Shown here: positions 35,918-46,281 of the stretch, in pieces | How positions within the stretch are numbered: position 1 is the stretch's first letter | Layout of the letters: each line of letters opens with the position of its first letter | From: an uncultured Ignavibacteria bacterium | GTDB taxonomy: Bacteria; Bacteroidota; Ignavibacteria; Tepidaquicellales; OLB5 | NCBI GenBank assembly: GCA_947084945.1 | Contig: CAMTUP010000005.1 | Coordinates: 12,535 to 76,534, forward strand | Direction: 5' to 3' | DNA length: 64,000 nt | Position numbers and translations under genes: made by a program | Notes under the pieces: generated by a model | The model's database searches: none | What the model saw: the letters and a program-made list of their open reading frames with translations, nothing else | Told to the model about the DNA's origin: nothing

Positions 35918-38065
35918 TTAACGCAGTAGTATCATTTTCTTGACTTCGTAAAATTCGCCTGAAGAAAGCCTATAAAAATATATTCCTGAAGCAAGATTGG
36001 AAGCATCAAAATCGACAGTATAAATCCCTATACTTTTAACTTCATTAACTAATGTTGCAACTTCTTTTCCTGAAATATCATAAACAGTAATATTAACTAA
36101 ACTTTGTTTAGGTATAGAATATTTAATATTAGTTGTAGGATTAAAAGGATTAGGATAATTTTGTTCAAGCAAATAACCTGCTGATAGAGAGTTATTTCCA
36201 ATACCTACGATTGAATTGAAATATAACGTAAGGCAGTAATTTGTAACTGAACCTGTTTCATTAGTCATATTATCATTAACCCTGAAAATCCAATTACCAA
36301 ATGCGTTTTCTCCATTGAATACACTAAGGGGAGATTCAGGTCTGAAAGAGCCGGTAAATGGTGCAGTTCCGGTAGAGATAGGATTTGCAGCAGAATCATT
36401 AAATACAGTGTTAATATAATTAGAACCTGAACCGCCTCTTCTTGAAGATAAAACTACTTCAGTACCCAATGGTGATTTAATAGAGAATTCAATATCCCCT
36501 GTTCTTGAATGCAATATAGAACCAATAGTAAAATTAACATCTGTAATTGTTCCAGATGTATTTACATTAACAGTATCATAATTGGTTAGATTATCTAGGA
36601 TAGTAATATTCTGTGTTCTACAGGGGTTGCCTGAAAGATACTTATAAGCTGCCCATACATCAATAACACCCATACCAAAAATGTTATCTTCACCTGGGGT
36701 ACCATGGTCAATTGCAGTCCAGTAAATAGCTTCTAAAATCTCTTTTCCTGTTTTATTAGGAAATGCCTGTCTAAGTAAAGCAACCGAACCCGCTATATGA
36801 GGTGAAGACATTGATGTACCAGACAAATTAGCATATGCTCCGTTTCTGATAGCTGACCTGACACTTGTTCCAGGGGCGGAAACTTCCGGTTTAAATAAAA
36901 GTTTTCCCGGTCCACCGCAATTTGCCTGCCCTCTAGAAGAAGTACTGTTTATCGGATATGGAAAAGAAACGTTACCATTAATATTGCCTACACAAAAAGC
37001 TCTCACAAGATTTGCGTTCATATTTTTGGGTCGTGTTATAGTTGATGCACCCGGACCCGAATTGCCGGCAGAGAATACTACAGCAATACCAACAGCTTCA
37101 AGCGAAGCTAAAACAGCAACATAAATACCTGAACAATCAGCGCCAATCGGCTGGGATGGGTCATGCCAAGAATTATTAATGGCATCCGGTATATCATTAA
37201 TAGTATTGATGTTACTATCCGGGTTCATAGCCCACTGATAAGCTGTCATATGATTGCTTGTAGAATTACCCGAGCATATTGTTTTAGCAGCAATCCATTG
37301 TGCATCAGGTGCCACCCCGATGGTATCAGAACCAGCACGCCCTGTCATTATTCCGGCAGTATGTGTACCGTGGTTATCGCAGTCATTAGGAAACTGAGTA
37401 TTACCTGGTGGGTCAATCCAAGCATGATACCAAGGCCAACCGTTATTACCTCGCCATTTGTAGCTCAATGCGGGATGATTTCCATCTACACCTGTATCTT
37501 CACTCATTACTAATCTGCCATTACCAGTAACTCCAATTTGCCACAATAAGTGAGCGTTGATAACCCTTAAACCAGGTTCACTAGAAGCAACTTTTTCCAC
37601 AGAGGGTTCAAATGATACAGGTCTATCGTAATCAAGTATAGCATCTAAATCAATTTCGTCAACATCAGTTCTTGCTGCAATTTCATAAATTACTGATGGC
37701 TTTGCTTCAATCCAAATGAAGTTCGATATCCAATAAGTTTGAAAGTTTTTTACATTTCCGGGAATTATTTCTTCATTTAGAAAATTAATAAGTGGAGTTT
37801 GTGTTTGAGAAGCTTTTTGCATCAATGCAGTTATTACTGTTGCCGCTCTAAGATTAGGAGAAGCATTAATTCTGTACAAATCTTTATCCAAACGGTCTAT
37901 ATCAACCCTATCTTTGAGAAGAACGAATATTTTAATAAAACTTTCAGAATTAGAATTTTGTAGAGTAGTATTCAACCTGTCCGAAATTCCTGTTTGTATA
38001 AACTGCGGATAGGTTTGTGATATAATTATACAGATAATAAAAAGTGAGAAAAAGATTTTTTTCAT
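35918..38065 (-). CDS. S8 subtilisin-family serine peptidase with P-domain and T9SS CTD
   Basis: 715 aa. Catalytic triad contexts DTGVDGNHPAL, HGTHTAGI and SGTSMSSPHIAG. P-domain TGTAPFTGSFRPESPL...GNWIFRVND. CTD QNYPNPFNPTT. Confidence 0.9.
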   Translation of the reverse strand: MKKIFFSLFIICIIISQTYPQFIQTGISDRLNTTLQNSNSESFIKIFVLLKDRVDIDRLDKDLYRINASPNLRAATVITALMQKASQTQTPLINFLNEEIIPGNVKNFQTYWISNFIWIEAKPSVIYEIAARTDVDEIDLDAILDYDRPVSFEPSVEKVASSEPGLRVINAHLLWQIGVTGNGRLVMSEDTGVDGNHPALSYKWRGNNGWPWYHAWIDPPGNTQFPNDCDNHGTHTAGIMTGRAGSDTIGVAPDAQWIAAKTICSGNSTSNHMTAYQWAMNPDSNINTINDIPDAINNSWHDPSQPIGADCSGIYVAVLASLEAVGIAVVFSAGNSGPGASTITRPKNMNANLVRAFCVGNINGNVSFPYPINSTSSRGQANCGGPGKLLFKPEVSAPGTSVRSAIRNGAYANLSGTSMSSPHIAGSVALLRQAFPNKTGKEILEAIYWTAIDHGTPGEDNIFGMGVIDVWAAYKYLSGNPCRTQNITILDNLTNYDTVNVNTSGTITDVNFTIGSILHSRTGDIEFSIKSPLGTEVVLSSRRGGSGSNYINTVFNDSAANPISTGTAPFTGSFRPESPLSVFNGENAFGNWIFRVNDNMTNETGSVTNYCLTLYFNSIVGIGNNSLSAGYLLEQNYPNPFNPTTNIKYSIPKQSLVNITVYDISGKEVATLVNEVKSIGIYTVDFDASNLASGIYFYRLSSGEFYEVKKMILLR

Positions 38066-38531
38066 GATTTTTGATGTATAAATTTTTTAGACATATACCA
38101 ATATTATAATATTTAAAAATAAAAATAAAGGTATTAACTCATTCAAAAAAAATTTTCGCTACTAATTCATAAATAAAGTAACACTACTTGTGCAATTTCG
38201 ATATATAGGTTGATAATACAGAGATTTGATACATATCATTGTTATAAAAAGACAAATTATTTATTAACCTAATACAATACACTCAAAATAGATTTTTTTT
38301 TTCTCCCTTTCTTTAGGAACTTGAATCAGAACCTCGAATTTTCTGTTTTATCAAGTTTGTAAGATACTATAAATAAAATCAGGGCAATTCATGGTTAAAC
38401 TTGACAATATCGAACGTAAGTAAAAGAATAGAAGAAAAAACCCAGATTGCATCTGAATCAAGTTTTTATAATAAATTTAAAATAATCATTGCTAAATCCT
38501 TATTTTTTAATTATATTACTTTTTTGACCTG

Positions 38532-39536
38532 ATGAATAAGGATATTGTTAGTTTAATTAATAATAATCAAGAGTTTATAATAACCAGCCACGTTAACCCC
38601 GACGGGGATTCAATTGGCAGCGAAATTGCTCTTTATTTGTATTTGATATCACTTGGTAAAAATGCCAAAGTATTAAACTATTCCCCTACCCCAGATAACT
38701 ATACATTCTTAGATAAGGATAGAGTTATTGAGCAATTTGATGAAGCGAAGCATAAGGTAATGATAGAAAATGCCGAAGTTATATTTATACTTGATACCAA
38801 TGAATATGAGCGAGTAAGGACACTTGCTCCATACATCCAGGCAAGCAAAGCTAAAAAAGTATTGATAGATCACCATCTTGGATTTGATCCAAACGATTTT
38901 GATTTTTATATAATGGATACAGACTCCCCCGCAACGGGAGAAATTTTATACAGGTTCTTTAAAGATATAGCAAAAAGCACTCCAAACCCAAGAGGTGAGG
39001 ATATTATTTCAAAAGAAATGGCAGTAGCGTTATATACTGCAATTATGACTGATACGGGTTCTTTTAAGTTCAACAGAACAGACGAAGAAACTCATACTAT
39101 AATAGCAGATCTTTTGACTTATGGAATAAATCCATACGATGTTTATTCAGAGGTCTATAATAAAGCCACAATTGGCAAACTTCATTTGTTGGGCAGGTTT
39201 TTAAATAATATCACACTACTTTATGATGGCAGACTTGCTTATTCATATGTATTGCAAAATGATTTTGAAGAAACCCAAACAGATGAATACGCAATTGAAG
39301 GATTCAGTTCACATTTAATGAGCCTACACACAGTATTACTTGGAATAGTTATCACCCAAACAAAACGGGGTGTGAAGATGAGCTTCCGCTCCAAAGGGAA
39401 TATTCTATCAAATGAGCTTGCTAAGGAGTTTGGCGGCGGCGGACATCTGAATGCTTCAGGGGCATTTGTAGAAGGTGCAGAAATTGATACTCTTACTAAA
39501 GATGTAACGATGAAGGCAGAAAAGTATCTAACGTGA
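38532..39536 (+). CDS. DHH-family phosphoesterase (NrnA-like oligoribonuclease/pAp phosphatase)
   Basis: 334 aa. SHVNPDGDSIGS, DHH (IDHHLG) and the DHHA1 motif GGGGHLNASG. Confidence 0.85.
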   Translation: MNKDIVSLINNNQEFIITSHVNPDGDSIGSEIALYLYLISLGKNAKVLNYSPTPDNYTFLDKDRVIEQFDEAKHKVMIENAEVIFILDTNEYERVRTLAPYIQASKAKKVLIDHHLGFDPNDFDFYIMDTDSPATGEILYRFFKDIAKSTPNPRGEDIISKEMAVALYTAIMTDTGSFKFNRTDEETHTIIADLLTYGINPYDVYSEVYNKATIGKLHLLGRFLNNITLLYDGRLAYSYVLQNDFEETQTDEYAIEGFSSHLMSLHTVLLGIVITQTKRGVKMSFRSKGNILSNELAKEFGGGGHLNASGAFVEGAEIDTLTKDVTMKAEKYLT

Positions 39537-39544
39537 AACCTTCC

Positions 39545-39690
39545 TTCGCCAAGGCTCTGTAAGGCAGGCTTGAAACGTGAAATGTCAAATGTGATCCCGC
39601 TAAGCAGAAGCGCGGGACTGCTGAGAAACGCAGAAAGCAAAAGTAAAAAGGCAAAAATACTTGAAGTAAAAAGCAAAAGGTAAAAATAAT
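39545..39690 (+). repeat. family-C GC-rich composite element
   Basis: ttcgccaaggctc...gtgaaatgtcaaatgtgatcccgctaagcagaagcgcgggactgctgagaaacgcagaaagcaaaagt... Confidence 0.65.
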
Positions 39691-39772
39691 CAAAAGCAGT
39701 ATTGGATTAACAAAAAAAAAATAATAATAAATAATAATTTAAAATATAAAACTATTTTACGCGGAGATATAA

Positions 39773-41287
39773 ATGAAAATTAAATATGAGGTAAAGAAAA
39801 TCAAGGATATAAAAGCCGATGTTGTTTCATCGGTTACTTTTGAAGACCAGGCAGTTCAGAAACTGCAATGGCTAAATACCTTATTCAAAGGGTTACTTGA
39901 TACATTAATTGAGACCAATGATTTTAAAGGTAAATCAAATTCAACAATTTTTTCATATCTTGGATTGGAAAACAGAAGCAAGCGTTTACTTGTTATTGGT
40001 TTAGGTGATCCCAAAAAAGTTACTCTTGAATCACTTAGGAAATCATATGCTGCTGCGGCTAAGAAACTTAATGCAATGAAACTTACATCTGTAGCATTTG
40101 AAGTACCTGACTTAGCATACATAAAAAGCGTTACAAATGCATCTCACTACGATATTATGCAGGCAATCTGTGAAGGTGTTTTCTTAACACAGTATTCACC
40201 AAAAAAATATTATTCAAAGAGCGATTTCGTACCTTTTAGTGAAGTTATCTTCTTTACTGATTCGCCAAAATACACACGCGAAGCTAGTGAGGCATTAAAA
40301 GATGCCAGAGTTATTTGTGATGCAGCAATAGTAGCAAGAGAGCTTGAGAACGAACCATCGAACTTTATGACACCAGATAGGTTTGCAGAATATGTAAAAA
40401 AATCATCAATTAAGGCAGGTTACCAGGTAACAGTATATGATGAAAAGAAAATAGCTCAACTTAATATGGGAGGTGTTGTAAATGTTGGAAAAGGGAGTAT
40501 AAATCCCCCAAGATTTTTGATACTACAATATTTTGGAGCAAATAAATCAGATAAGCCAGTTGTACTTGTAGGAAAAGGTGTAACATTTGATTCAGGCGGA
40601 ATTTCGATTAAACCAGCTCAAGGTATGGATGCAATGAAAATGGATATGGGCGGCGCAGCAGCTGTAGTTGGCACATTTGAAGCAATAGCCAGACTAAAAT
40701 ATAAAATGAATTTGATTGGCTTAATTCCCGCAGTAGAAAATATGCCCGATGCAGGCGCATACAAACCGGGTGATGTGATTAAAAGTTATTCAGGCACATC
40801 AATAGAAATAGATAATACAGATGCAGAAGGCAGGCTAATCTTAGCTGATGCATTGGATTATGCTGCTAATTATAAACCCAAAGCTGTAATTGATATATGC
40901 ACATTAACAGGCGCATCAATAATCTGTTTTGGTCATTTGCTTGCAGGTCTTATGGGAAATGATAAAGATCTTGCTAAAAAGATATTTAATGCCGGTGAAA
41001 AGACATTTGAAAGAGTATGGGAACTGCCATTATATGATGAATACGATAAATTAATGAAGAGTGAAATTGCTGATATAAAAAATTCGGGTCCGGCAAGACA
41101 GGCAGGAACAATTATGGGCGGAATTTTCTTAAAGAAGTTTGTACAGGATAAATACCCATGGGCACATTTGGATATAGCAAGTGTAGCATTCAGTTTGGGT
41201 GAATCAACAGAAGATTATCATACTCCTGGGGCTACAGGTTATGGAGTAAGGCTGTTTGTTGAATTACTTAAACAGTATTCTCATTAA
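39773..41287 (+). CDS. pepA: leucyl aminopeptidase (M17)
   Basis: 504 aa. VGKGVTFDSGGISIKP and NTDAEGRLILADAL signatures. Confidence 0.93.
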   Translation: MKIKYEVKKIKDIKADVVSSVTFEDQAVQKLQWLNTLFKGLLDTLIETNDFKGKSNSTIFSYLGLENRSKRLLVIGLGDPKKVTLESLRKSYAAAAKKLNAMKLTSVAFEVPDLAYIKSVTNASHYDIMQAICEGVFLTQYSPKKYYSKSDFVPFSEVIFFTDSPKYTREASEALKDARVICDAAIVARELENEPSNFMTPDRFAEYVKKSSIKAGYQVTVYDEKKIAQLNMGGVVNVGKGSINPPRFLILQYFGANKSDKPVVLVGKGVTFDSGGISIKPAQGMDAMKMDMGGAAAVVGTFEAIARLKYKMNLIGLIPAVENMPDAGAYKPGDVIKSYSGTSIEIDNTDAEGRLILADALDYAANYKPKAVIDICTLTGASIICFGHLLAGLMGNDKDLAKKIFNAGEKTFERVWELPLYDEYDKLMKSEIADIKNSGPARQAGTIMGGIFLKKFVQDKYPWAHLDIASVAFSLGESTEDYHTPGATGYGVRLFVELLKQYSH

Positions 41288-41301
41288 TACAGATGTTACT
41301 A

Positions 41302-41340
41302 ATTCCCACCTGAGTACTCGGAGTGGGAAACCAATGACAT
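41302..41340 (+). repeat. family-A-related hairpin with GAGTACTC core
   Basis: attcccacctgagtactcggagtgggaaaccaatgacat. Stem TTCCCAC/GTGGGAA, palindromic GAGTACTC in the loop, AATGACA-like tail. Confidence 0.6.
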
Positions 41341-41440
41341 AAATGGATTAAAATTTTTTCTGAATAATATAACAACTCAATTCTTTGTTATGTTTTAATG
41401 TTGGATAGTTTCAGAAATAAAACATACAAACCCAAAGGTC

Positions 41441-41481
41441 ACACAGATGTTTAGATTCCCGCTTATGCGGGAATTCTGTGT
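41441..41481. repeat. family-A hairpin nested in an outer ACACAGA/TCTGTGT palindrome
   Basis: acacagatgtttagattcccgcttatgcgggaattctgtgt. Confidence 0.65.
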
Positions 41482-41528
41482 AATATCAGTTAATAACGTA
41501 CTTTAATAAGGAAAAAGTAAAAATCGGC

Positions 41529-42749
41529 TTGAAAAAAATCGAGTCTCCTTCGAAGATATTGCTGGTTCTCACTTTAATTGAATTTATCAATTATTTTGAT
41601 AGGCAGATAATTTTTCCTTTATTCAGTTTCCTGAAAGCTGATTTTGGGCTGAGTGATTTTGAGCTTGGCTTAATTGGAACAGTGTTCATGATTATTCATG
41701 CAACATTTTCGGTTCCATTAGGCATACTTGCAGATAAGTGGGTAAGAAAATATATTATTGCAGCGGGTGTAACAGTATGGTCTGTAGCCACTTTTTTTAC
41801 AGGTTTAGCACAAAACTTTACACAACTATTATTAACGCGCGCAGCAGTAGGAATAGGAGAAGCATCTTATGTTCCCGCAGCAACATCCCTAATAGCAGAT
41901 AATTTTCCAATAGAAAAACGTGCAAGGGCAAACTCAATATTCCACCTTGGTATGTTCATGGGCGGAACACTTGGGATGATACTTGCGGGAGTAATAGGCT
42001 CACAAATAGGATGGCGAGCATGTTTCTTTATTGTGGCTATTCCGGGAGTAATACTTGCATTTTCAGCCTTAAGGATAAAAGAAACACGTCATTCACACCA
42101 CAATACTAAGGAAGTAAATACAAAAAACATACTTCATCTTTTTAAATCACCTGCATATATAATGACATTGGTATCAGGTTTAATGCTTACATTTACATCA
42201 TCGGCAATAATAAGCTGGATGACACAGTTCTTTATAAGGTTTCATAATTACTCGGTTGACCAAGCCTCAATAACAATAGGGCTTGCAGTATTGATAGGCG
42301 GTCCGCTTGGAATATATTCAGGAGGATATTTTTCTGACCTGTTATATAATAAATATAAAAAGCCAAGATCATTAGCAATGGCTTTTGCTTTTTTAACAGC
42401 TACTCCACTGATGTATATTACATTAACAACTCAAAACGAAATATTACTTCTTGTTACACTTGTATTTGCAACATATTTAATGACATGGTATTACGGACCT
42501 ATGGTAGCATTGATACAGGATATTGTGCCTGGTTCATTGAAAGCAACAGCATTTGCATTTTATTTATTTATTGTACACTTAATAGGTTCAACTCCCGCTC
42601 CGGCTATAATTGGAAAGGTTTCTGATGCGAGTAACCTGCAAACAGCTTTATTCCTTGTAGTAATATCAAATTTATTGGGCGGAATTCTTCTTTTAATAAC
42701 CAGCAGTATATTAATGAAAAAAGCGAAAACTGATAATTTAAAAAATTGA
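41529..42749 (+). CDS. MFS transporter
   Basis: 406 aa, about 12 TM segments. The GILADKWVRKY loop 2-3 motif is D-R/K-x-G-R-K-like. TTG start. Confidence 0.8.
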   Translation: MKKIESPSKILLVLTLIEFINYFDRQIIFPLFSFLKADFGLSDFELGLIGTVFMIIHATFSVPLGILADKWVRKYIIAAGVTVWSVATFFTGLAQNFTQLLLTRAAVGIGEASYVPAATSLIADNFPIEKRARANSIFHLGMFMGGTLGMILAGVIGSQIGWRACFFIVAIPGVILAFSALRIKETRHSHHNTKEVNTKNILHLFKSPAYIMTLVSGLMLTFTSSAIISWMTQFFIRFHNYSVDQASITIGLAVLIGGPLGIYSGGYFSDLLYNKYKKPRSLAMAFAFLTATPLMYITLTTQNEILLLVTLVFATYLMTWYYGPMVALIQDIVPGSLKATAFAFYLFIVHLIGSTPAPAIIGKVSDASNLQTALFLVVISNLLGGILLLITSSILMKKAKTDNLKN

Positions 42750-42872
42750 AATTCACATGCAAAGAAAGTCTGCAAGTTGGTTTGGGATTAAAGCAGAGTT
42801 TCCTTAACAGCATTTATTAGACATTCAAGATAAAGGCTTAGGGAGACTCTGCTATAACATAGTTTTAAGTCT

Positions 42873-42920
42873 GGATACCCGCTATACACCCCAAAACAGG
42901 GCAGGGGGTATGACAAAAAA
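42873..42920 (+). repeat. family-A hairpin variant
   Basis: ggatacccgctatacaccccaaaacagggcagggggtatgacaaaaaa. Confidence 0.65.
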
Positions 42921-43072
42921 TCTATGTCATCTGCGTCTATGCTTTTATTTGTTTTCGAGAGATGTTGATTAATCTGAAACTTCAATGAACTTCTTTGCCT
43001 TGAAACTCTTATTAATAATGAGTAAAATAGTGATTAAATTACCCAAAAAATAAATAAATTTGTTAATATTTA

Positions 43073-44830
43073 ATGAATAAAATGAATAAATTCAAAATGT
43101 ACGGAATTTTATTAGTAATTGCTATTTTAGCATTTTCAGCCTCAAACTGCAGTAAATCGAACAAAACACTTGTAGATATTGGTAATGACAAGATAACATT
43201 AGGTGAATTTGAAAAGCAATATCTTAAGACAGTTGGAAATCTTGATACAGCAAAGAATAAATCAATTGAAGAAAAAAAACTGTTCCTGAATTTATACATA
43301 AATTTCAGACTCAAAGTAAAAGATGCAAGAGAAAGAGGTTTACTTAATAATCCTGAAATACAGAAAGATGTTGAAGAGTATAAAAGAAATTTCGGTCCAA
43401 CCTACTTAGTAGATAAAGATATAGTAGAATCAAAGGTAAAAGATCTTTATGACAAAAGAAAAGATGAAGTAAGGGTTTCGCACATTCTAATTAATTTAAC
43501 AGAAAACGCCTCACCACAGGATTCTATTTTAGCATACCAGAAGGCAGATTCAGTTATACAGAAGCTAAAAGATGGGGTTGATTTTGGGGATGTTGCAACA
43601 GAATACTCAACGGATAGAACTGTAAAGCAGAACAGGGGTGATTTGTATTACTTTACAGCAGGTATGACCGTAGCTGAGTTTGAAGATGCAGTTTACAAAA
43701 TGAAAATTGGTGATTATACAAAAAAACCTGTTAGGACAATGTTCGGACTTCACATAATTAAATTAACAGATAAAAAACCAAGGGTAGAATCAGTAAAGAT
43801 TTCTCATATACTTATTCAGGATAAAAGGGATAGTATAGGAAATGTAATAGATTCAGTTGCAACTTACCAGAAGGCTATGGAAGTATATAAAAAAGCAAAA
43901 GACGGAGAAAGTTTTGAATCATTGGTACAACAATTCACTGAAGATGCAGGTTCAAAGGTACAAAACGGTGATTTAGGAAATGTTGAAAGAAGAAGGCTAG
44001 CGCAGCCAATTGATTCTGCCGCATTTGTTATGAAAGTAAACGATGTAGCAGGTCCGATAAGGACTCCATACGGATGGCATATAGTAAAGAAATTTGGCGA
44101 GAAAAAAGTAGGGTCATATGAAAAAGAATTTGAAACAATTAAGAATGAATACAAGAAGACAAAACAATATAAAGATGATTATTCAAAATTTGTTGAAACA
44201 TTAAAGGGAAAATTCAATTATAAAATATTAGATGAGGGAGTAAACTTCCTCAGGTCAAAATTTGATACAGTAAAAACAGTTGCCGATTACAATATGGATA
44301 GCTTATTCAACCCTCAGGATAAGGAAAAAGTTATTGCTTCATTTGATGGTGGACAGGTAAAAGTAATTGATTTTATTAACCATTTGAACCTGAACAGAGA
44401 TTTTTCAAGAATGGCTTTAATAACAGCAACTATAACAGCAATTATCAAATCATCATCCGAGAATCCAATACTGTATAAGAAAGCAAAAGATTCAAATATT
44501 GAAAAAGATGATGAATATATCTCGAACATTACAGATTACGAGAATGGTCTGTTAGTATTCAGAGTTGACCAGGATGAATTATGGAGCAAAGTAAAGATAA
44601 ATGAAACAGATATTGCTTCATATTACGAATCGAACAAAACAAAATACACAAAGCCAGACTCAACAGGTAACCCGATAAGTAAAACAATTGATGAGGCAAA
44701 AGCTGAAATTTCTAACGAACTTCAGCAGTTAAAGTATAAGGATACAGAAAAAGCTTACTTAGATTCATTAAGACAGAAATTTCCGATAACTATATATGAA
44801 GAAGTATTGACAGAAGCGTATAAGGATTAA
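43073..44830 (+). CDS. peptidylprolyl isomerase, parvulin-type (PpiD/SurA-like lipoprotein)
   Basis: 585 aa. Lipobox AFSASNCS and two parvulin domains (VSHILI...FGLHIIKL, ISHILI...YGWHIVKK). Confidence 0.8.
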   Translation: MNKMNKFKMYGILLVIAILAFSASNCSKSNKTLVDIGNDKITLGEFEKQYLKTVGNLDTAKNKSIEEKKLFLNLYINFRLKVKDARERGLLNNPEIQKDVEEYKRNFGPTYLVDKDIVESKVKDLYDKRKDEVRVSHILINLTENASPQDSILAYQKADSVIQKLKDGVDFGDVATEYSTDRTVKQNRGDLYYFTAGMTVAEFEDAVYKMKIGDYTKKPVRTMFGLHIIKLTDKKPRVESVKISHILIQDKRDSIGNVIDSVATYQKAMEVYKKAKDGESFESLVQQFTEDAGSKVQNGDLGNVERRRLAQPIDSAAFVMKVNDVAGPIRTPYGWHIVKKFGEKKVGSYEKEFETIKNEYKKTKQYKDDYSKFVETLKGKFNYKILDEGVNFLRSKFDTVKTVADYNMDSLFNPQDKEKVIASFDGGQVKVIDFINHLNLNRDFSRMALITATITAIIKSSSENPILYKKAKDSNIEKDDEYISNITDYENGLLVFRVDQDELWSKVKINETDIASYYESNKTKYTKPDSTGNPISKTIDEAKAEISNELQQLKYKDTEKAYLDSLRQKFPITIYEEVLTEAYKD

Positions 44831-44832
44831 TA

Positions 44833-44913
44833 AGATACGTAAGATTTATCAGATACGTAAGATTTATCAGATTCATCAGATTCATCAAATTCATCAGATT
44901 TGTAAGATTGAAG
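44833..44913 (+). repeat. 9-bp-period tandem repeat (AGATNNNTN x ~9; first four units form an exact 18-mer x2)
   Basis: agatacgtaagatttatc x2 (44833-44868), then agattcatc, agattcatc, aaattcatc, agatttgta, agattgaag. Confidence 0.85.
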
Positions 44914-44944
44914 ATTTAAAATTAGAAAGCATTAAAAAATTATA

Positions 44945-46225
44945 TTGAAAAATATTAGATTATCAGCATTAATATTCAGTTTTCTGTTAACATTTCAGGT
45001 TATTGCTCAGGGTGAGGGAGATAAGATAATTGCAATAGTTGGCAACGAAGTAGTACTTCAATCAGACCTTAATTTCCAGTTATATACCTATATGAACCAG
45101 AATAATATACAGGAAGTATCAAATGAAATGGTACAACAGGTTTTCCAGGGTATTATTTCTGAAAAGCTGATGTTAGCTAAAGCAGAGCAGGATAGTATAT
45201 TTATTTCAGTTGATGAAGTGAATAAACAAGTTGAGGGCAGAATAAGAGAAATGGTTTTGCAGTTTGGCTCTGAGAAAAATGTTGAAGATGCATATGGATT
45301 AACGATTCCAAAGATAAAAAGTCTGCTTAAAGAACAGACTGAACGTAATATAAAAGTAAGCCGTGTTAGACAGGCAAGATTTGGTTATGCTATAAATGTT
45401 ACTAAACCGGAAGTTCTAAAGTTTTTCAATGAATACAAGGATTCACTCCCACAGGTCCCCGAAACTTATGAATTATTACAGATAGTAAGGATACCAAAAA
45501 TAACTGAAGATGCAAAGTTCATTGCAAAAGAAAAAGCCGAAAAGATTTTAGACAGTGTAAGATCGGGGATGGATTTTTCTGAATTAGCAAAAAAATATTC
45601 AGATGATTCACTCTCAGCAATACAAGGCGGAAGTTTGGGCAAATCAAAAAAAGGTTCTTTTGTAAAAGAATTTGAAGAAGCAGCGTTTCTTCTTAAGGCA
45701 GGTGAAGTATCCGGGATAGTTGAAACAGAATTTGGTTATCATATCATAAAGTTAAATGATAAATCAGGTGATTTTATTACTGCTCAGCATATACTTGTTA
45801 AATTTCCAAGATTAGAAGCAGCAGATTTTACTGAAATAAACTTTCTAAAGGAGCTTAGAAATAATATCAAATCAGGTCAGGTTAGCTTTAAAGAAGCTGT
45901 TATATTGTATTCACAAGAGCCAAAATCAGCTATAGATAGCGGATATATAGGGAAAGTAAGTGTTAACAATTTTGAACCGTTAGAGTTGGCAGCATTAAAA
46001 GATATTTCAGTTGGTGATATATCAGATCCGGTAAAAGTTGGCGATAACAAGTATTATGGTTATTATATATATTTAGTAAAAGATAAAATCCCACAGCACG
46101 CAGCAACTATTGAGACCGATTACATATTAATACAGCAGTATGCTCAGAAATATAAAGAACAAAAATTAATGGGTGAATGGCTTGAAGAGCTAAAAAAAAC
46201 TATTTACCTCGAAATAAAACTCTGA
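44945..46225 (+). CDS. SurA-like periplasmic chaperone / parvulin PPIase
   Basis: 426 aa. Signal peptide, SurA N-terminal-like region and parvulin core (GGSLG...FGYHIIKL). TTG start. Confidence 0.8.
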   Translation: MKNIRLSALIFSFLLTFQVIAQGEGDKIIAIVGNEVVLQSDLNFQLYTYMNQNNIQEVSNEMVQQVFQGIISEKLMLAKAEQDSIFISVDEVNKQVEGRIREMVLQFGSEKNVEDAYGLTIPKIKSLLKEQTERNIKVSRVRQARFGYAINVTKPEVLKFFNEYKDSLPQVPETYELLQIVRIPKITEDAKFIAKEKAEKILDSVRSGMDFSELAKKYSDDSLSAIQGGSLGKSKKGSFVKEFEEAAFLLKAGEVSGIVETEFGYHIIKLNDKSGDFITAQHILVKFPRLEAADFTEINFLKELRNNIKSGQVSFKEAVILYSQEPKSAIDSGYIGKVSVNNFEPLELAALKDISVGDISDPVKVGDNKYYGYYIYLVKDKIPQHAATIETDYILIQQYAQKYKEQKLMGEWLEELKKTIYLEIKL

Positions 46226-46229
46226 ATTT

Positions 46230-46262
46230 AAAGGCAGTAATTAAAAATATTACTGCCTTTTT
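46230..46262 (+). terminator. rho-independent terminator after the SurA-like gene
   Basis: AAAGGCAGTAA-ttaaaaata-TTACTGCCTTT followed by TT: 11-bp stem starting 5 nt after the stop. Confidence 0.8.
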
Positions 46263-46281
46263 ACAACTTTAAACTTTAATA

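Noticed and set aside
39239-39693. Minus-strand track ORFs (145 and 65 aa) across the nrnA end and the family-C repeat
   Set aside because: Antisense to nrnA and then running through a repeat element. Ser/Leu/Phe-rich with no motif.
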